Origin: Clostridia bacterium
Lineage (GTDB): Bacteria; Bacillota; Limnochordia; DTU080; RSA5
DNA: 64,000 nucleotides
Direction: 5' to 3'
Assembly (NCBI GenBank): GCA_002919235.1
Contig: PKEX01000037.1
Coordinates: forward strand, 1-64,000
The notes below the pieces were generated by a model, which did not search any database, was not told the DNA's origin, and worked only from the letters and a program-made list of their open reading frames with translations. The position numbers and the translations under genes are program-made. This document shows positions 60,845 to 64,000 of the stretch, piece by piece (position 1 is the stretch's first letter; the number at the start of each line of letters is the position of its first letter).

Positions 60845-61342
60845 ATGGTCGCGACCTCCCCTTGTGAACGGGCGGTGCTCATCGGCGCCGTCGCGTGCCT
60901 CTTTTTCGCCTCGTGCGTAGGCCTCGCCGCCCGGATGAGACTCTCACCCGCGGCTTGGATCCGGGCGGAAGCCGCGGCCGCCCGGGAGGAGAGCGCGCCG
61001 GAGGAGCGCGCGGAGCCGGGCGGCGTTCCGGGCGACGCGGCAGGCGAGGCGCCGGCCGCTCCTTCCGCGGGGGCGCTTCCGCCGGAGGCGGCCGGCGAAG
61101 CCGCTGAGCTCGATGAAGCCGGCTTTCCGCACCGGGTCGATCTCAACTCGGCCACGTGGGACGAGCTTCTGGCCTTGCCCGGGATCGGCCCGGCCCTGGC
61201 CGCCCGCATTCTCGAGTACCGGGAGAGCCGCGGCGGTTTTCGAAGCGTCGACGAGCTCCTCAACGTCAAAGGGATCGGCAAGAGCCGGTTCAGCCGGCTT
61301 CTCCCGCTGGTGACGCTGGAGCCGCCGGCGGCGGGATCGTGA
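60845..61342 (+). CDS. comEA: Competence protein ComEA (tandem HhH DNA-binding)
   Basis: N-terminal TM plus C-terminal VDLNSATWDELLALPGIGPALAARILEYRESRGGFRSVDELLNVKGIG. Confidence 0.85.
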   Translation: MVATSPCERAVLIGAVACLFFASCVGLAARMRLSPAAWIRAEAAAAREESAPEERAEPGGVPGDAAGEAPAAPSAGALPPEAAGEAAELDEAGFPHRVDLNSATWDELLALPGIGPALAARILEYRESRGGFRSVDELLNVKGIGKSRFSRLLPLVTLEPPAAGS

Positions 61343-63945
61343 ACCGGGGACCGGCGGCCGGCGTCCGGTGGTGGGCGCAGAAGCGAAGGAGCCTCTTTTG
61401 GCTGGCCGCCTCGCTGGCGGGAGCCTGGGCGGGGTGCCGTGCGAGCCTTCCTCCCTGGAGCTGGGCTCTGGCGGGGGGCGCCTGTCTTGCGGGGCTCATC
61501 GGGGGACGGCGGCGGGGTCACCGCGCCTGGTACGCCCTGCTCCTCGCCGCCTTGGCGGCATCGACCGCCCTTTCGGCGTCGCTCTCCGCGGCGGAGTACG
61601 CCTGGAGGGAACGGCACTACCCCCGGGGCGAGCGGCGGCTTCTCGAGGCCCGGATCGTCGACGTCGTCCCCCACTCGGGCGGCCGGCTCGCGCTGCTGGC
61701 GGTCGACCTCTCCTTGCCGCCTCCGCCGCCGTTTGCCGGCCCCTACTGGGTCAGGGTCGTCGGTGAGCCCCGCCGGCTGCTGGAGATGCTCGAGCTCTAT
61801 CCCCCCTCCCCCGGCGGTGCCGTCACGTGGCCGGTGAGGGTGTACCCCTTTTCGCCCCGGGGAAACCCGGGCGAGTTCGACGCCCGGGAGTGGGCGATGC
61901 GCCGCGGGTATGTGGCCACGGCGTATCTCGAGGCTGCCGGAAGCGAACGCGGGGCCGGAGAAGAGGGGCCGTGCGCGCTCTCCCGTGCGGCGCTCCGCCT
62001 CTACGACGCACTGGAGATCGGCAGCCCCTGGGGCCGCCTGGCGTGGCGGTGGCGCTGCCGGCTGGCCGGGAGCGAGGCCTCCGACAGCGGCGCGATCGCC
62101 GTCGCGATGCTCCTGGGCCACAAGGACCTGATCGCTCCCGAGCTGCAGGAGGCCTTCAGCCGGGCGGGGATCAGCCATCTCCTGGCCGTCTCCGGGCTTC
62201 ACATGGGCTTCGTCCTGGCGATGGCCCTGCCGTTCATCGCCCGGGTGCAGGGGCCGGCGGGGACCGCGGGCCGCTGGGCGCGCGCCCGGCGGTGGGCGGG
62301 GTTCGGCCTCCTGGGCGCGACGGTCCTGGGTTATGTCGCGTTGACCGGCGGGCCGGCCTCTGCCGCCCGGGCGGGCCTCATGGCCCTGGTGGGCTTTGGG
62401 GCGCGCCAGATGGGCCGGCCGCTGGACCCGTGGCACGCCTTGGGCGTGGCGGGGACGGCCCTTCTGGCTTACCAGCCCCTGTTCGCGCTGGACCTCGGGT
62501 TTCAGATGTCCTTTCTCGCCGTAGGCGGGATCTTGTGGGCACTGGGAGCGGGAAGAGCGCGGCCGGGGGAAGCGAGGATGGGCGCGCCGGGCCCCCAGGG
62601 GACGGCGGCTCTGCCGCGGCGGCCGGGGGGCGCCGGGGGAATCGCCGGGCGGGCGGCCCGCGCGGCCGCCGCCGGCATCAGGGTGAGCGCCGGCGCACAG
62701 CTGGCCACCGCGCCGCTGGTCGCCGCGGCGTTTTCGGAAGTCTCCTGGATCGCCCCGCTGGTCAACCTGGCCGCGGTGCCGCTGGGGGGCGCGGCGGTGA
62801 TGTTCCTCGCGGCGGGCGCCCTTCTGGGCGAGCTCTCGCCGGGGCCGGGAGACGGGCTGATCGCCGTGGGCCGCCGGGCGGTGGACCTCCTGGTGGCGCT
62901 GGCGCGGCAGGTTCCCCCGTGGGGCGCAGCGGAGACGCCCATGCCCTCTGCCGCCGCCGCGGCCGGCTGGTACCTGCTGTGGTTCGGCGTCACGGCGCTG
63001 GGCCGCTGGAGCCGCCACCCGGCGCCCGCCGGCCTGGTGCGGCTGGCCAAGCGGGCGGCGCTGGCAGGCGCCGTCCTGGCGGCGGGCACACTCCTTTGGC
63101 CGGCGGTGAAAGGCCTTCTGGGCGTCGCCGAAGTGTGGGTGTTGGACGTGGGGCAAGGCGACGCCGTGCTGGTCCGGAGCGGCTGGGGCCGGGCGGTGAT
63201 CATCGACGGCGGCGGCGTTCCGGGCGCCGCGGCCTCAGGCGGGTTCGACGTGGGGGACCGCCGGGTGGTGCCGGCCCTCAAGCGCCTCGGGGTGCGGCGG
63301 CTGGAGGCGGTGCTCAACACGCATCCCCACGAGGATCACGTGCACGGCCTCGCGGCAGTGATCGCCCAGCGGGAGGTGAACGGCGTCTTTGCCGCCGAGA
63401 TCGAGGGGAGCGGTGCGGCCTACCGCATGTTTCTCCAGGCCGCGGCGGCGAAGGGGCTCCCCGTGCAGCCGCTGAAGGCCGGGATGGAGCTGGTGCTGGA
63501 GCCCGGCCTGAGCCTTGTGGTGCTGGCCGCAGGGGACTTCGACGGAGCGAGCGGCGGGCGCCGGCCGTCCGTCAACGACCGCTCGGCGGTGCTCCTCCTG
63601 CGGCACCGGGCCGGCAGCGCGCTCTTTCCGGGCGACATCGAAGAACGGGGCCAGAGGCGGCTCCTGGCGCAGGAGGCGGGCCGGGGCGAACTCGCCCTCT
63701 CCGGCGTGGACGTGCTGCTGGTGCCCCATCACGGCGACAGGGTGACCGCGTTCACGGGCCTGCTCCCGGCGGCAAGACCCAAGATCGCGGTGATCTCCGT
63801 GGGCCCCAACCGCTACGGCCATCCCGCGCGAGAGGTGCTGGAGCATCTGGAGTCCCTGGGCGCCCGGGTGTGGCGGACCGACCGCCACGGAGCGGTCAAG
63901 ATCCAGTTCTGGCCGTGGGGCCTTTGGGTCCGGTCCGTGCGCTGA
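61339..63945 (+). CDS. comEC: DNA internalisation competence protein ComEC/Rec2 with C-terminal metallo-beta-lactamase domain
   Basis: Polytopic competence domain plus MBL motif HPHEDHVHG. GTG 61339 overlaps the comEA stop (GTGA). The listed start 61156 is inside comEA and was rejected. Confidence 0.8.
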   Translation: MNRGPAAGVRWWAQKRRSLFWLAASLAGAWAGCRASLPPWSWALAGGACLAGLIGGRRRGHRAWYALLLAALAASTALSASLSAAEYAWRERHYPRGERRLLEARIVDVVPHSGGRLALLAVDLSLPPPPPFAGPYWVRVVGEPRRLLEMLELYPPSPGGAVTWPVRVYPFSPRGNPGEFDAREWAMRRGYVATAYLEAAGSERGAGEEGPCALSRAALRLYDALEIGSPWGRLAWRWRCRLAGSEASDSGAIAVAMLLGHKDLIAPELQEAFSRAGISHLLAVSGLHMGFVLAMALPFIARVQGPAGTAGRWARARRWAGFGLLGATVLGYVALTGGPASAARAGLMALVGFGARQMGRPLDPWHALGVAGTALLAYQPLFALDLGFQMSFLAVGGILWALGAGRARPGEARMGAPGPQGTAALPRRPGGAGGIAGRAARAAAAGIRVSAGAQLATAPLVAAAFSEVSWIAPLVNLAAVPLGGAAVMFLAAGALLGELSPGPGDGLIAVGRRAVDLLVALARQVPPWGAAETPMPSAAAAAGWYLLWFGVTALGRWSRHPAPAGLVRLAKRAALAGAVLAAGTLLWPAVKGLLGVAEVWVLDVGQGDAVLVRSGWGRAVIIDGGGVPGAAASGGFDVGDRRVVPALKRLGVRRLEAVLNTHPHEDHVHGLAAVIAQREVNGVFAAEIEGSGAAYRMFLQAAAAKGLPVQPLKAGMELVLEPGLSLVVLAAGDFDGASGGRRPSVNDRSAVLLLRHRAGSALFPGDIEERGQRRLLAQEAGRGELALSGVDVLLVPHHGDRVTAFTGLLPAARPKIAVISVGPNRYGHPAREVLEHLESLGARVWRTDRHGAVKIQFWPWGLWVRSVR

Positions 63946-64000
63946 GCCGCCGGCCGGGCCCTGAGCGGCCCGGAGGAGCGGGAGGCGGCGGCGGCGAAGG

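Noticed and set aside
60742-63156. 804-aa minus-strand ORF antisense to comEA/comEC
   Set aside because: Low-complexity Arg/Pro/Gly composition. The plus strand encodes clear ComEA HhH and ComEC MBL domains.

Overview
High-GC (about two-thirds G+C by eye) chromosomal window from an endospore-forming Firmicutes/Clostridia-like genome. The gene order resembles Symbiobacterium-like high-GC clostridia, but that is inference only. Nearly the whole window is a conserved plus-strand housekeeping backbone: spoIID, mrp, trxB (minus), a MoaD-like sulfur carrier plus JAMM protease, maf, radC, mreBCD, pbp2, minCDE, rodA, a small membrane ORF, a SpoIVFB-like M50 protease, rng, rplU, prp, rpmA, obg, proBA, nadD, yqeK, an LCP protein, rsfS, a methyltransferase, gdh, tRNA-Ala, then msrB, hemEHY, tpx, ilvA, msrA, dacB, an M32 carboxypeptidase, gnd, fur-dtxR, glsA, ctpA, a Doc toxin pair, an nth-like glycosylase, leuS behind a T-box leader, and comEA-comEC. 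Several sigma-A-type promoters, intrinsic terminators, an L21 leader and a T-box can be read directly from the sequence. The outstanding anomaly is a short, clearly AT-richer islet of roughly 0.9 kb at about 27.66-28.56 kb. It sits between the 3' ends of tRNA-Ala(GGC) and a minus-strand tRNA-Sec (selC-like, UCA anticodon). It carries a GAF-domain protein and a 66-aa partner, so it looks like a horizontally acquired two-gene cassette at a classic tRNA integration hotspot. Long Arg/Pro/Gly-rich ORFs antisense to real genes are high-GC artefacts and were discarded.
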